This document shows, in pieces, positions 21,016 to 32,028 of a stretch of 64,000 nt of DNA; position 1 is the stretch's first letter, and each line of letters begins with the position of its first letter. Origin of the DNA: Anaeromyxobacter sp. (GTDB taxonomy: Bacteria; Myxococcota; Myxococcia; Myxococcales; Anaeromyxobacteraceae); assembly GCA_049840735.1 (NCBI GenBank), contig JASGJN010000017.1:192001-256000 (forward strand), read 5' to 3'. The position numbers and the translations under genes were made by a program. The notes under the pieces are model-generated. The model was given only the letters and a program-made list of their open reading frames with translations. It ran no database searches and was not told the DNA's origin.

Positions 21016-21471
21016 CTGCTCCTCTTCAATTCGCTCGGCCGCCGCGGCCCCGTGAACGGCAGGATATTCCGTGGCCCAGCCGGCCAAGCATCCCATATTT
21101 ACCGTGGAGCTCCAGGCGAGGCAGCGGATGCTCGCCGTCTTCCGGTGACCAGCAGGCGGCATCCCGCTTGCTGCTGAGGAGAGGGCCCTGGACCGGAGCG
21201 GGCCGTGCTGGGGAAGAGAGGGGCGACGTCCCGAGCGATCGTACCTTGCTCCCACGTCGCTTGGCTCGGTGCCGTCAGGAGCGCATGAGCAGATCAACCC
21301 ACCAACCTGGTTGGAACCTTCTTGGGCCCCTGATGGGCCTTCGAATCAGGCCGCAGTACGCTCTCCACTCAGCGCCAATCGAGGCGCGCCGAGCAACGCT
21401 GGCGGGGGGCTGCCAGCGGGTGGCTGCTCGTCGAAAAGGACCACTGTCGGTCCGCGCCGCCCCCACTACAT

Positions 21472-22809
21472 TTGGCTGACCAACGGTTCCCCCGGAAGGC
21501 TCTGTTGAGCGAGACCACGATCAGCGCTGGCGGCGCGTCGGACGGCATCCGCGAGGTGCTCGCGCCGCTGATCGAGGCGCTGGCCTCGGCGGCCGGGCTG
21601 TCGCGCGCGGAGCTTTTCGACCGCCTGCACGAGATCCTTCCGGGCGTGCTCTCGCAGCTGGTCTCGCAGAACGAGCGGCTGCGCGAGGCGGCGGGGCGAC
21701 GCGAGGGGCTGCTCCTCACCGCCGCCGCCGAGCTGCACGGGGCCGCGCAGCTGCTGGAGGGGAGCGCCGACGAGCTCGCCCACGCCGAGGGCGCGCGCCG
21801 CCTGCGCCGGCTGGCGCTCGATTCGGAGCGCGCCATCCACCCCGGCGCGCCTGAGCCGCGGACCCCGGCGCGCCGCGTCCAGGGCGACCGGCCGCGCCTG
21901 CTGGTGGCGGACGACGAGGCCGACGCGCGGGACGTGCTGGCCCAGGTGCTCCACCCCGACTACGAGGTCGTGGCCGCCGCCGACGGGCAGGAGGCGGTGG
22001 ACCTGGCCCGCGCCGAGCGTCCGGACGTGATCCTGCTGGACCTGAACATGCCGCGGCTGGACGGCTTCCAGGCCCTGGAGCGCCTGCGCGCCGATCCGGC
22101 CACGCTCGACATCCCGGTGATCTTCGTCTCGGCCCGCAGCGACGACGCGGTCAAGGTCCGCAGCCTCGACCTGGGCGCGGTGGACTACCTGCAGAAGCCC
22201 TTCAGCGAGCGCGAGCTGCGCGCCCGCGTGGAGCGCACGCTGCGGCTGGTGCGCAGCCAGAGCGCGCTGCGCGAGCTGGCCCAGACCGACGCGCTCACCG
22301 GCCTGGCCAACTTCCGCGCCTTCCGCGCCCGCATCGACGAGGAGGTCAAGCGGGCCCGGCGCTACCGCACGCCCCTCACCTGCGTGATGGCCGACATGGA
22401 CAACCTGAAGCCCATCAACGACGGGCTGGGGCACGCCGCCGGCGACCGCGCCATCGCCGCGGTGGCGGCGGTCATCCGCGAGGAGCTGCGCGAGACCGAC
22501 TTCGGCGCCCGCTACGGCGGCGACGAGTTCGTGGTGCTGCTCCCGCACACCTCCGGCGAGGAGGGGCGCGTCTTCGCCGAGCGCGCCTGCGCCCGCCTCA
22601 AGGACACGGAGCTGGAGATCGCCGGCCGGCGCGTGCGGCTGGGCGCGTCCTTCGGCGTGGCCTGGCTGGCCCCGGAGGCGGGCGACGACGCGGCCGAGGC
22701 GCTGATGCACGCGGCCGACGCGGCGCTCTACGCCGCCAAGCGGGACGGGCGCGGCCGCGTGGCGGCGGCCCCGCGCCCGGCCGGCGCGCCGGACGGCGCG
22801 GACGCCTGA
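21472..22809 (+). CDS. Receiver-GGDEF diguanylate cyclase (PleD/WspR-like)
   Basis: LLVADDE, LLDLNMPRLDG, DYLQKP, DALTGL, RETD I-site, GGDEF. Confidence 0.88.
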   Translation: MADQRFPRKALLSETTISAGGASDGIREVLAPLIEALASAAGLSRAELFDRLHEILPGVLSQLVSQNERLREAAGRREGLLLTAAAELHGAAQLLEGSADELAHAEGARRLRRLALDSERAIHPGAPEPRTPARRVQGDRPRLLVADDEADARDVLAQVLHPDYEVVAAADGQEAVDLARAERPDVILLDLNMPRLDGFQALERLRADPATLDIPVIFVSARSDDAVKVRSLDLGAVDYLQKPFSERELRARVERTLRLVRSQSALRELAQTDALTGLANFRAFRARIDEEVKRARRYRTPLTCVMADMDNLKPINDGLGHAAGDRAIAAVAAVIREELRETDFGARYGGDEFVVLLPHTSGEEGRVFAERACARLKDTELEIAGRRVRLGASFGVAWLAPEAGDDAAEALMHAADAALYAAKRDGRGRVAAAPRPAGAPDGADA

Positions 22810-22812
22810 GCC

Positions 22813-24225
22813 TCAGGCCTTGAGCGGCTCCGGCCCGGACGCGTCGGGCGGCTCGCCCTCGCCGGCCCGCGAGCGGGCCTCGGCCGCGTACCGGTTGAGC
22901 TTGTTGTAGAGCGTCTTCTCGCTGATGCCGAGGATCTCGGCGGTCCGGGCCTTGTTGCCGCCGTTCCGCTGCAGCGAGGCCAGGATGTACTCCTTCTCCA
23001 CCTTGTCGATGGGGATGCCCAGCGGGACGCGCAGGGTGGCGGCCTCGGGCCGCGTGGCCTGCATGTCGGGGGGCAGCTGCTCCTCGCCGATCACCTCGCC
23101 GTCCACCAGGATCATGGCGCGCTCGACGGTGTTGCGGAGCTCGCGGATGTTCCCCGGCCAGGCGTAGCCCTGCAGCACCGCCATGGCGCTGGGCGAGACG
23201 CCCTGCACGTGCTTGCCGGTCTCGCCGTTGAACTTCTCGATGAAGTGGTGGACCAAGAGCGGGATGTCCTCCCGCCGCTCCTTGAGCTGCGGCAGCTGGA
23301 TGGTGAAGACGTGGAGGCGGAAGTAGAGGTCCTCGCGGAAGCGGCCGCGCCGGATCTCCTCCTTGAGGTCGCGGTTGGTGGCGCAGATGACGCGCACGTC
23401 GACCTCGACCTCCGACCGCCCGCCCAGCCGGCGGATCTTCCGCTCCTCCAGCACGCGCAGGAACTTGGCCTGCAGCTCCAGCGGCAGCTCGCCGATTTCG
23501 TCCAGGAAGAGCGTGCCGGTGTGGGCCAGCTCGAAGTTGCCCATCCGGCGCTGGTCGGCGCCGGTGAAGGCGCCGCGCTCGTAGCCGAACAGCTCGGACT
23601 CGATGAGCGTGCCCGGGATGGCGGAGCAGTTGAGCGCGATGAACGCCTTGTCCTTGCGCGGCGAGAGGTTGTGGATGGCGCGCGCCACCACCTCCTTGCC
23701 CGTCCCGCTCTCGCCGCTGATCACCACGCTGGCCGTGGACGGCGAGACCTTCTTCACCAGCTCGAAGACCTTCTGCATGGCCGGCCCGGAGCCGATCATG
23801 TCGGTCCCGGGGGCCAGCGCGGCCAGCCGGCGCCGCAGCAGCTGGACCTCGCGCATGGTCTCCTTCTTCTCCAGCGCGCGCTCCAGCACGATGCGCAGCC
23901 GCGGCACCTCCAGCGGCTTCTCGATGAAGTCGAAGGCCCCCTCGCGGATGGCCTGCACGGCGGTCTGGATGGTGCCCCGGCCGGTCAGCAGCACCACCGG
24001 GCAGTCCGGCAGCTCGGCCCGCAGCGCCCGGAGCAGCCACAGCCCGTCCATGTTGGGCATCACCAGGTCGGTGAGGATCACGTCCGGGTGGCCCTCGATG
24101 GCCCGCCGCAGCGCCTCGGCCCCGTCGCTGGCGGTCTGGACGTCGTAGCCCCAGCGCGCCGTGAGCTCGGCGAGCGCCTCGCGGCTGTCGGCTTCGTCGT
24201 CGACGATCAACACCCGGTATTTCAT
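22813..24225 (-). CDS. NtrC-type sigma54-dependent response regulator
   Basis: MKYRVLIVDDE receiver, GESGTGKE, GAFTGA, FLDEIG, WPGNIREL, Fis-type HTH. Confidence 0.95.
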   Translation of the reverse strand: MKYRVLIVDDEADSREALAELTARWGYDVQTASDGAEALRRAIEGHPDVILTDLVMPNMDGLWLLRALRAELPDCPVVLLTGRGTIQTAVQAIREGAFDFIEKPLEVPRLRIVLERALEKKETMREVQLLRRRLAALAPGTDMIGSGPAMQKVFELVKKVSPSTASVVISGESGTGKEVVARAIHNLSPRKDKAFIALNCSAIPGTLIESELFGYERGAFTGADQRRMGNFELAHTGTLFLDEIGELPLELQAKFLRVLEERKIRRLGGRSEVEVDVRVICATNRDLKEEIRRGRFREDLYFRLHVFTIQLPQLKERREDIPLLVHHFIEKFNGETGKHVQGVSPSAMAVLQGYAWPGNIRELRNTVERAMILVDGEVIGEEQLPPDMQATRPEAATLRVPLGIPIDKVEKEYILASLQRNGGNKARTAEILGISEKTLYNKLNRYAAEARSRAGEGEPPDASGPEPLKA

Positions 24226-25143
24226 GCGCGCTCGTTCCTGGGCAGCCGCAGCGTGAGGCGGACCCTGCCGGCCGCCCGCTCCACCCCGAGCCGAGCCCCC
24301 CATGGCCTCCGCCGTGCCTGCGGCCACGGCCAGGTCATATCCGGGTCCCGCCCTCGGGGTCACCCACGCCGTGCTCGATTGACAGCTCGGCGTGCTCCCC
24401 CTCCGCCGCGGCGCGCACGGCCAGGCGGCCGCCGTCCGGCTGCTGCGCCATCGCGCCGGTCAGCAGCGAGAGCACCAGGCGGGCCAACGCGCCCCGGCTC
24501 GCAGCGCGTGCGCACCGCGCCGCGCGGCGCCTCCACCGTGAGCTCGATTTGCCGGCGGCGGGCGTCATGGCCGCAGAGCCCGGCCGCGTCGGCCGCCAGT
24601 CCACCCAGATTGGTGTAGCCGAGCGGGGCGGCGGGATCGGTGACGTCCAGGAAGCGGCGCACCACCTCGTTGACGCGGCCGATTCTGCCGCGGATCGCGC
24701 CCAGGTGGCTGCCGGACTGCGCGGCCGCCTCGCCGGCGCCGGAGAGCTTCTCGGTCAGCAGCGCCAGCTGCAGCGCCATGGCGTTGAGCGGGTTCTTGAT
24801 GTCGTGGGCCACGCCGGCCACCAGCCGCGGCAGCCCCTGCGACCGGCCCACGTGCTCCAGCCACTCGGCGGAGCGCGGCGGGCGCGCCAGCACCAGCGCC
24901 CCGCCCTCCCCCGCGACGCGCGCCAGCTCGACCGGCCCGGCCGCGCCCGGGACCAGCAGCACCTCGGGCCCCTCCCCGGCGAGGAACGCGCGCAGCGGCG
25001 GGCTCCACCTCGGCACGGGCCCGCAGCGCGGCGGTGGCGCCGGCCGGGGGCAGCCCGAGCTGCGAGATGAACCCGGGATTGGCGGAGAGGATCGCGCCGG
25101 TCCGATCCAGGAAGGCCGCGCCGGTGGCGAGGTGGATGGTCAT
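24222..25143 (-). CDS. Sensor histidine kinase-like protein (several frameshifts; ATPase boxes look degenerate)
   Basis: H-box GVAHDIKNPLNAM; PAS-like N-terminus; reconstructed stop overlaps regulator ATG. Confidence 0.65.
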
Positions 25144-25305
25144 TTTCGCTTGCCTGCCTGGGGGAGAGCCCAGGGGGTGAGATGCGTCCTCCCTCCCTTT
25201 TTTTCAAGCGTCCGGCGAAGATGGACGGCAGTGGGAGGAAGCGTGAACCTGTCGAGCCAGCTCCGCCGCGCCAGCCTGTGCCTAACCCTCGGGATTCCTC
25301 GCAGG

Positions 25306-26672
25306 ATGCGCCACCCCGCGTCCACCGGCCAGCGCGTCCCCGCCGCAGCCCGCAGCGGCCGCGCCCGAGCCCACCCTCCCGACGCAGGGCGGCCAGGTCG
25401 AGCCGGGGCCGGCGGCCGAGCAACCCGTTCGGACCCTCGCGACCGTCACCATCGGGGCGGTGGGCGACGTGCTGATGCATGGCGCGGTCAAGGAGAGCGC
25501 CGCGGTCCACGGCGCCGGCGCGCCCGACGCTGGCTACAGCTGGCTGTTCGCCCCCATCGCCGACCTGCTCTCGCAGCCGACCTGACCTTCGCCAACCTCG
25601 AGACGCCCATCGCCCCGAAGACCTCGCAGGGCGCGCGCGCCTTCGTCTTCAACGCGCCACCGGTGGTCATCTGGCGCTGCAGCGCGCCGGCGTGGACCTG
25701 GTCTCGGTGGCCAACAACCACGCCTTCGACCAGGGGCGGCCCGGCTTCGAGGAGACGCTGCACGAGCTGGCCATCGCCGGCCTGCTGCCATCCTCGGCGG
25801 CGGCCCGGCGCCGTCGGCCATGGGGCCGGTCTTCATCGAGCGCAACGGCCTCGAGCTGGCCTTCCTCGGCTACACCGATGGCCTCAACCAGACCGGCAAT
25901 GACTGCCCGCCGCCGAAGGCCGGGGCCGCGCAGTGCCTGCAGGCCGCGGAGCTGGATTGCCAGGCGGTGGAGGGGCAGGTGCGGGCCGCGGCGGCGCAGG
26001 CCGACGCGGCGATCGTCTCGCTGCACTGGGGCATCGAGTACGAGCAGCAGCCGCGCGAGCCGGACGTGGCGCTGGCGCGGCGGCTGGCCGAGGCCGGGGC
26101 GCTGGTGGTGCTGGGCCACCACCCGCACGTGCTGCAGCCGGTGGAGCTGTACCGGCGCGCCGACGGGCGGACCGCGGTCATCGCCTACTCGCTGGGAACT
26201 TCGTCTCCAACCAGTCGCGCAACTACGTGCTGGGCGTGACGCCCGCGCCGGTGGCGGCCACCCGCGACGGCGCGCTGCTGCGCGTGACGCTGGCGCGCCG
26301 CGACTACGGCCGCGGGGTGGTGCAGGTGGAGGTGGGGGGCGCCGACCTGGCGCCGCTCTGGACCGAGAACCGACACGCCGGAGATCGACGCGCGCAAGGA
26401 GCCGAAGCGCCGGCCGGCCATCCGCGTGGTCTCGGTGGACCGGGCCTGGCTGTGGTGCGGGCCGAGCTGGCCGCCTTCCCAGACCCGGTGCCGCCAGCCG
26501 ACCAGCCGCGCTGGGTGAGGCTGCGCCAGCGCGAGGCGCTCGTACGTCGCGCCGCGGCGCGGTGGGCGCGCTCATGGCCGAGGACCTGCTGCGCCCGTTC
26601 ACGCCGGCCGAGCTGGCGGGGCCAGGCGCCGCGTCAGACGTCGCCGGGACAGCCGTCCCCCGTTCGCCCTGA
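25306..26672 (+). CDS. CapA/PGA_cap family metallophosphatase (multiple frameshifts)
   Basis: AVGDVLMH, FANLETP, ANNHAFDQG, SLHWGIEY, GHHPHVLQP, YSLGNF spread over frames. Confidence 0.8.
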
Positions 26673-26732
26673 GCCCTTCGACTTCGCGCCCGCGTCGCGG
26701 GCGCTACGCTCAGGGCGGGCGAAGTCGAAGGG
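26660..26732. repeat. REP-like element, family A (composite copy) between convergent genes
   Basis: CCGTTCGCCCTGAG-CCCTTCGACTTCG-hairpin-CTACGCTCAGGGC..GAAGTCGAAGGG. Confidence 0.7.
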
Positions 26733-26749
26733 CAGCTCCGCGCCTGTCG

Positions 26750-27245
<496 letters not shown>

Positions 27246-27323
27246 GGCGCCTCCTCCGGTGGCCGGGCATCCTACCCCAAGGGACCGACGCTCCAGCGCG
27301 CCGGCGAGGTAAACCTCTCCAGG

Positions 27324-27929
27324 ATGCGCCCTGCCCTGCCCGCCCTGCTGCTGCTCGCCCTGGGCATGGCCTGCGCCGGCCCCGCCAACAGCACGCGCAG
27401 CCCGGCCTCACCCCCGGCCGGCACCGCGCCTGCGCCGGCCCCGGAGGCCAGGGACAAGCCGCTCCAGCAGCCCACCGACGCCTCGCCCTACACCGTGCTG
27501 GAGCCGGTCAACGGGACCATCACCTCGGTGGACCTGGAGCAGCACGAGCTGGTGCTGGAGGCGGAGGGCGGGCCGGTGACGCTGGGGCTGGACCGCAACA
27601 CGCTGGTCTACCTGCCGACCGGCCTGTCCACGGTCAGGGCGCTCCGCACGGGCGCCCAGGTCCGGGCGGCACGCAACGGCGACTCGGTGGCCTACTGGGT
27701 GATGATCGGCACCCTGCCGCCCAGCGAGGGCGGGCAGCCGCAGCCCACGCCCGGTCAGGGCACCGGCCCCGGCGGCGGCGCCGCTCCGCCGGCCGAGGGG
27801 ACCACCAGCCCGGACGCAGGCACCGCCGGCCCGGGCGGCACGCCCGGCGGCGCTGGCTCCGCCCCCAGCGGCGGCCCGGGGCCGGGGACCTCGACGCCGG
27901 GCGGCGGGACGGGCGGGACGATGCCCTGA
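27324..27929 (+). CDS. Hypothetical lipoprotein with Gly/Pro-rich tail
   Basis: MRPALPALLLLALGMAC lipobox-like signal; small OB-like core. Confidence 0.6.
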   Translation: MRPALPALLLLALGMACAGPANSTRSPASPPAGTAPAPAPEARDKPLQQPTDASPYTVLEPVNGTITSVDLEQHELVLEAEGGPVTLGLDRNTLVYLPTGLSTVRALRTGAQVRAARNGDSVAYWVMIGTLPPSEGGQPQPTPGQGTGPGGGAAPPAEGTTSPDAGTAGPGGTPGGAGSAPSGGPGPGTSTPGGGTGGTMP

Positions 27930-27940
27930 GGGCCAGGCCC

Positions 27941-28699
27941 ATGACCACCCCCGCCCCCCACACCGTCCTGCTCGCCGGCGGCACCGGCCGCACCGGTCGC
28001 CGCGTCCTGCAGCAGCTGCTCGACCGCGGCGTCTCCGTCCGCGCCGTCGTGCGATCACCCGGCAAGCTCCCGCCGGAGGTGGCCGGTCACCCGCGCCTGA
28101 CGGTGATCGAGGCCAGCCTGCTCTCGCTGGGCGACGAGGCGCTCCGGCAGCACCTCCGCGGCTGCGACGCGGTCATCTCCTGCCTGGGGCACGTGCTCGA
28201 TCTGAAGGGCGTCTTCGGCTCCCCGCGCGACCTGGTGACCCAGGCCACCCGGCGCCTGTGCCGGGCCATCGAGGCGCTCCGCCCCGCGGCGCCGGTGAAG
28301 GTCATCCTCATGAGCAGCGTCTCGGTCCACCGCTCGAATGGCCTGGACGCCCGGCGCGGCTCGTTCGAGCGGGCTTTCCTCCGGCTGCTCTGCGCCGTGC
28401 TTCCGCCGGCCCGCGACAACCAGCGCGCCGCCGAGGTCCTGCTCCGCGACGTCGGCCAGGGCCACCCCAGCGTGGAGTGGGCCATCGTGCGGCCGGACAC
28501 GCTGCTGGAGGGAGAGGGCACGCCCTACGCGTTGCACGCGGAGCTGGTGGACGGGCTCTTCGCTCCCGGCCGGACCCGCATGGCCAACGTCGCGACCTTC
28601 ATGTGCCAGCTGGTGACGGACCCCGCCACCTGGGCGCGGTGGCAGGGCCAGCTGCCCGTGATCACCGACGCGCAGGCCTCGGAGGCGAGCGCCGCCTGA
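27941..28699 (+). CDS. Atypical SDR / NAD(P)H-binding oxidoreductase
   Basis: GGTGRTG, DAVISCLG, WAIVRP. Confidence 0.85.
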   Translation: MTTPAPHTVLLAGGTGRTGRRVLQQLLDRGVSVRAVVRSPGKLPPEVAGHPRLTVIEASLLSLGDEALRQHLRGCDAVISCLGHVLDLKGVFGSPRDLVTQATRRLCRAIEALRPAAPVKVILMSSVSVHRSNGLDARRGSFERAFLRLLCAVLPPARDNQRAAEVLLRDVGQGHPSVEWAIVRPDTLLEGEGTPYALHAELVDGLFAPGRTRMANVATFMCQLVTDPATWARWQGQLPVITDAQASEASAA

Positions 28700-28705
28700 G
28701 GGGCG

Positions 28706-29557
28706 CTACAGCGCAGCCGGTCTCGCCGACGGCGTCCCCGCGGCCGCCGACGGCGCCGCCTCCGCAGGCGGGGCCAGGCGCGCGAGCCCCTTCGCCTGCA
28801 GGAAGCGCCGGATCTTCGCGGCCGGGGCGACGAAGGTCTCGCCGGGCATGGGCACGTCGAAGGCGTACTGGTCGGCGTCCTTGCCGAAGGCCACGCGGGC
28901 GGTGCGGTAGCCCTCCACCAGGCCGATGAGCCGGCCGCCGGGGACGTCGAAGACGCCGCCGCCGGAGCTGCCGTAGCCGATGGCGGCGTCGGTCTTGAGC
29001 GAGGTGGCGGCGCGCGGGAGGGCGGCGTTCTCCGAGAGCGCGTACTCCACCTGCGAGACGATCCCGGCCGCCACGGAGAGCCCCTTGCCGAAGGGCGCGC
29101 CGATCACCACCAGGTCGTCCCCCAGCTCCAGCGCGTCGTCCGGCGCCAGCGGCGTCACCGGCAGCTCGGCCTGGACCTCCAGCACCGCCAGGTCGGCGTC
29201 CGGGACCTTCCCGCGGGCCACCACGCTGGCGGTCAGGGCGGCGCCGCCGCCGGAGGGCAGCACCCGGATCTCCACCTTGGCGGGCCAGCCCTTGCCGCGC
29301 TCGACCACGTGGGCGTTGGTGAGCAGGTAGGTGTGGCCCCCGTCGGCCGCGAAGGCGATGCCGGAGGCGGAGCGCAGCACCTCGCCGCCCACCGGCGCCA
29401 GCTGGATGCGGACGGCGCTGGGGAAGACCTTGTGCACGGTCTCGGCGCGGGCGTTGCCGGCGCGGGCCGGGAAGGCGCCGAGCGTGGAGGCGAGGAGGAT
29501 CAGGAGGCCGGCGCCGAGGGCGGCGCCGCCGAGGCGCTGGAGGCGTGAGGTGGGCAC
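28706..29557 (-). CDS. Trypsin-like (S1) secreted serine protease
   Basis: Signal peptide, LTNAHVV, DLAVL, GYGSSGGGVF. Confidence 0.88.
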   Translation of the reverse strand: MPTSRLQRLGGAALGAGLLILLASTLGAFPARAGNARAETVHKVFPSAVRIQLAPVGGEVLRSASGIAFAADGGHTYLLTNAHVVERGKGWPAKVEIRVLPSGGGAALTASVVARGKVPDADLAVLEVQAELPVTPLAPDDALELGDDLVVIGAPFGKGLSVAAGIVSQVEYALSENAALPRAATSLKTDAAIGYGSSGGGVFDVPGGRLIGLVEGYRTARVAFGKDADQYAFDVPMPGETFVAPAAKIRRFLQAKGLARLAPPAEAAPSAAAGTPSARPAAL

Positions 29558-29622
29558 GTGTGACGAACGGCCGCCGGAGCGCGGGCATTCCGCCACGGCT
29601 CCCGGCGGGCGGGCAGCCGCCC

Positions 29623-31887
29623 CTACGCCTGCCCCTCGTACCGCCGACGCATCAGGAACAGGATGGCGTCGCGGGCGCAGTGCTCGCAGTAGCCGTGGCG
29701 CGCGCGGAGCGCCTCCAGCGTCTCCTCCACCTGCCGCCGCGCCTTGTCGTCCAGCTGGCCGCGGTCGCCGGAGAGATACCGGAGCACGTTCTCCTTCCAG
29801 CGATGGAGCTGCCGCTTGCGCTCCTCGTGGGTGTGGTCGCGCAGCCGGCGGAACAGGTCGGGGAAGATGCCGGGGTAGTCCAGCTCGGCGGCGTCCGGGT
29901 GGTCGAGCCGGAAGGCGCCCACCGCCGAGATGAGCCCGCGCCGGAAGGTGCCGCGATCGTCGCCGGTCGGCATGACCAGCTTCTCGAAGTCCACCATCCG
30001 CCCCTCCTCCGGCGGCGTGAGCTCGCCGGTCACGCGGTTGCGGACCTTCTCCCCCTTGACCCAGTGCGACACCAGCGTGACGTAGCGCTCGAAGATCTCG
30101 CGGTACTGCGCCTCGGAGACCAGCCCCATGGCGTCCCGCAGCTCCTCGTCGATCCGGTCCAGGTACTCCGCCTCCGCCACGCGGACGAAGGCGGCGTGGT
30201 CGTGGTAGCCGTCCACCACCTCCTGCTGCAGGAAGTCGTGGACGCTCTTGTCGCGGCAGAGCTGCTCCAGCTCCTCCAGCACCGCCCGGGGCGTCAGGCA
30301 GGGGGCCCCGCGGGCCTGCGCCGCGTTGAGCAGCACGGTCTTGATCTCGCGCGCCGAGGCGCCGGCCCGCCCCTCGTAGTTGGGGTAGACCTCCGACTCG
30401 CGGAACAGGTCCGGGGCGTGCTTGCGCAGCACCTTGCCCTGCGCGAGCGAGAGCCGGTCCGGGGCCGCGCCGCGATCGTAAAGGCGCAGCTTCTCCAGCG
30501 GCGCCAGCTCCTCCACCAGCTCGCGCAGCTCCCCCTCGTACCGCTCCGGCAGCGGCCGCTTCAGCCGGGTCAGCACCGCCCAGAGCGCGGCCACCCACGT
30601 CGCGTGGGGCGCCACGTGCCTGCCCACCGCGGCGGTGGTGATCTGCTGGTCGTAGATCTCCTGCTCCACCGAGTGACGGCGCAGGTACGGGACGCGGATC
30701 AGCTCCAGCCGCCCCTTGAACGAGCCGAACTCGGGCGAGTCCTTGAAGGCCGCGAGCTGCTTCTCGTTGGCCGAGGCCAGCAGCACCTCGTCCAGGTGGA
30801 GCAGGAAGTGGTCGAGCGAGACGCGGGCCGACTCGCTGGTGCCGAGCAGGTACCGGAACGCCTCCAGCGGCCGCTTCAGCAGGTCGGAGTACTCGACCAG
30901 CCCGCGGTTGCCGGCCACCAGCGGGCCGTGCGGCTCGAGCAGCGTGAGCGCGTGCAGGGCCGGGGGCAGCGCGGCGGTGGTCCGGTCGGCGGTCACCTGG
31001 CGGACCCCGGCGTCCACCGAGAGCTGCGGCTCCACCGTCACCGCCGCCTGCTGGTAGCGGGCCGAGACGTAGAACCGCTCCACCTGGACGTGGCGCAGCA
31101 CCTTGAGCCAGTCGCCCCGGTAGCTCCCCAGCAGCGCGTCGTGGATCTGCCGGCAGGAGTGGCAGAGATCGCCCTCGACCAGCGCGTCGGAGAGGACGAA
31201 GTCGTCCTCCTTCGCCCCGTCCCGCGCGCTGGGGCGGCAGCTCTCCTCCAGCAGCCGGCGCCGCTCCGCCGGCGGCAGGAGCAGCAGGGGGTGGTCGCGC
31301 ATCGGGCAGGAGAGCCGGGCGTCCAGCGCCTCGCCGTCCAGGTGGGCGAAGGACGGCAGCTCCTGGCCTCCCTCCCCCTCGCCCCGGCCGAACCCCAGGC
31401 CGGCCCCCTTGAGCTTCCGCTCGCTGGGGAAGACCCAGTGGAACCGGTAGAGCGCCCCCTGCGGGAGGCGCGAGTAGGCCTCGGTGGCCCGGATCAGCGC
31501 CGCGACGATGGACGACTTGGCCGAGCCGTTGGGGCCGTGGAGGAGGATCAGCTTGTTGACGCGCCCGCTCCGGACGAAGGACCCCAGGGCGCGGTAGATG
31601 GCCCCCTGGACCTCCTCCTGGCCGGCCACGCGGCTGGCCCGGGCCTCCGGATCGAACCCCAGGTCGAAGAGCTTCCAGCGGCGCACCGGCCCCACCGGCG
31701 TCTCGCGGTCCTCGGCGCCGTAGTGGTCCATCACGTCCCGGAGGTACTGCGCCGCCGAGCGCGCCTGCTGCCTGGGGGCCTCCAGGAAGGCCTGCAGGTA
31801 CTCCTCGAAGGACAGGAGGGAGCGGTTCTCGACGAACGCCCCCTTGACCCGCGACCCCAGCCCGCCCAGCAGCCGCCGCGCTTCCAT
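29623..31887 (-). CDS. prkA: PrkA/YeaG-family AAA+ serine kinase
   Basis: LILLHGPNGSAKS, CPMRDHPL, GNRGLVEYSDLLK, EGRAGASARE, GYCEHCA. Confidence 0.85.
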   Translation of the reverse strand: MEARRLLGGLGSRVKGAFVENRSLLSFEEYLQAFLEAPRQQARSAAQYLRDVMDHYGAEDRETPVGPVRRWKLFDLGFDPEARASRVAGQEEVQGAIYRALGSFVRSGRVNKLILLHGPNGSAKSSIVAALIRATEAYSRLPQGALYRFHWVFPSERKLKGAGLGFGRGEGEGGQELPSFAHLDGEALDARLSCPMRDHPLLLLPPAERRRLLEESCRPSARDGAKEDDFVLSDALVEGDLCHSCRQIHDALLGSYRGDWLKVLRHVQVERFYVSARYQQAAVTVEPQLSVDAGVRQVTADRTTAALPPALHALTLLEPHGPLVAGNRGLVEYSDLLKRPLEAFRYLLGTSESARVSLDHFLLHLDEVLLASANEKQLAAFKDSPEFGSFKGRLELIRVPYLRRHSVEQEIYDQQITTAAVGRHVAPHATWVAALWAVLTRLKRPLPERYEGELRELVEELAPLEKLRLYDRGAAPDRLSLAQGKVLRKHAPDLFRESEVYPNYEGRAGASAREIKTVLLNAAQARGAPCLTPRAVLEELEQLCRDKSVHDFLQQEVVDGYHDHAAFVRVAEAEYLDRIDEELRDAMGLVSEAQYREIFERYVTLVSHWVKGEKVRNRVTGELTPPEEGRMVDFEKLVMPTGDDRGTFRRGLISAVGAFRLDHPDAAELDYPGIFPDLFRRLRDHTHEERKRQLHRWKENVLRYLSGDRGQLDDKARRQVEETLEALRARHGYCEHCARDAILFLMRRRYEGQA

Positions 31888-32028
31888 CCGGCACCTCCGT
31901 CAGTTCCCTGATAACCGTGGCACGGAGGGACCGCCCTTCCAACGGACGGCCAGGCGGGCGCCTGGGGGGCACCCCGGGGGCCGGGAATTCCACCCAGCCC
32001 CCCTGCCCGTAGTAGGCTGCCGGGACGC

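Noticed and set aside
21016..21471. c-di-GMP riboswitch, 6S RNA or small ORFs upstream of the cyclase
   Set aside because: Diagnostic motifs were not recognisable and the ORFs lack GC3 bias; kept only as an unassigned structured-RNA candidate.
28706..31993. 1095-aa ORF suggesting a large protease fusion
   Set aside because: Only the last ~280 aa are the protease; the rest is an alternate frame of prkA.
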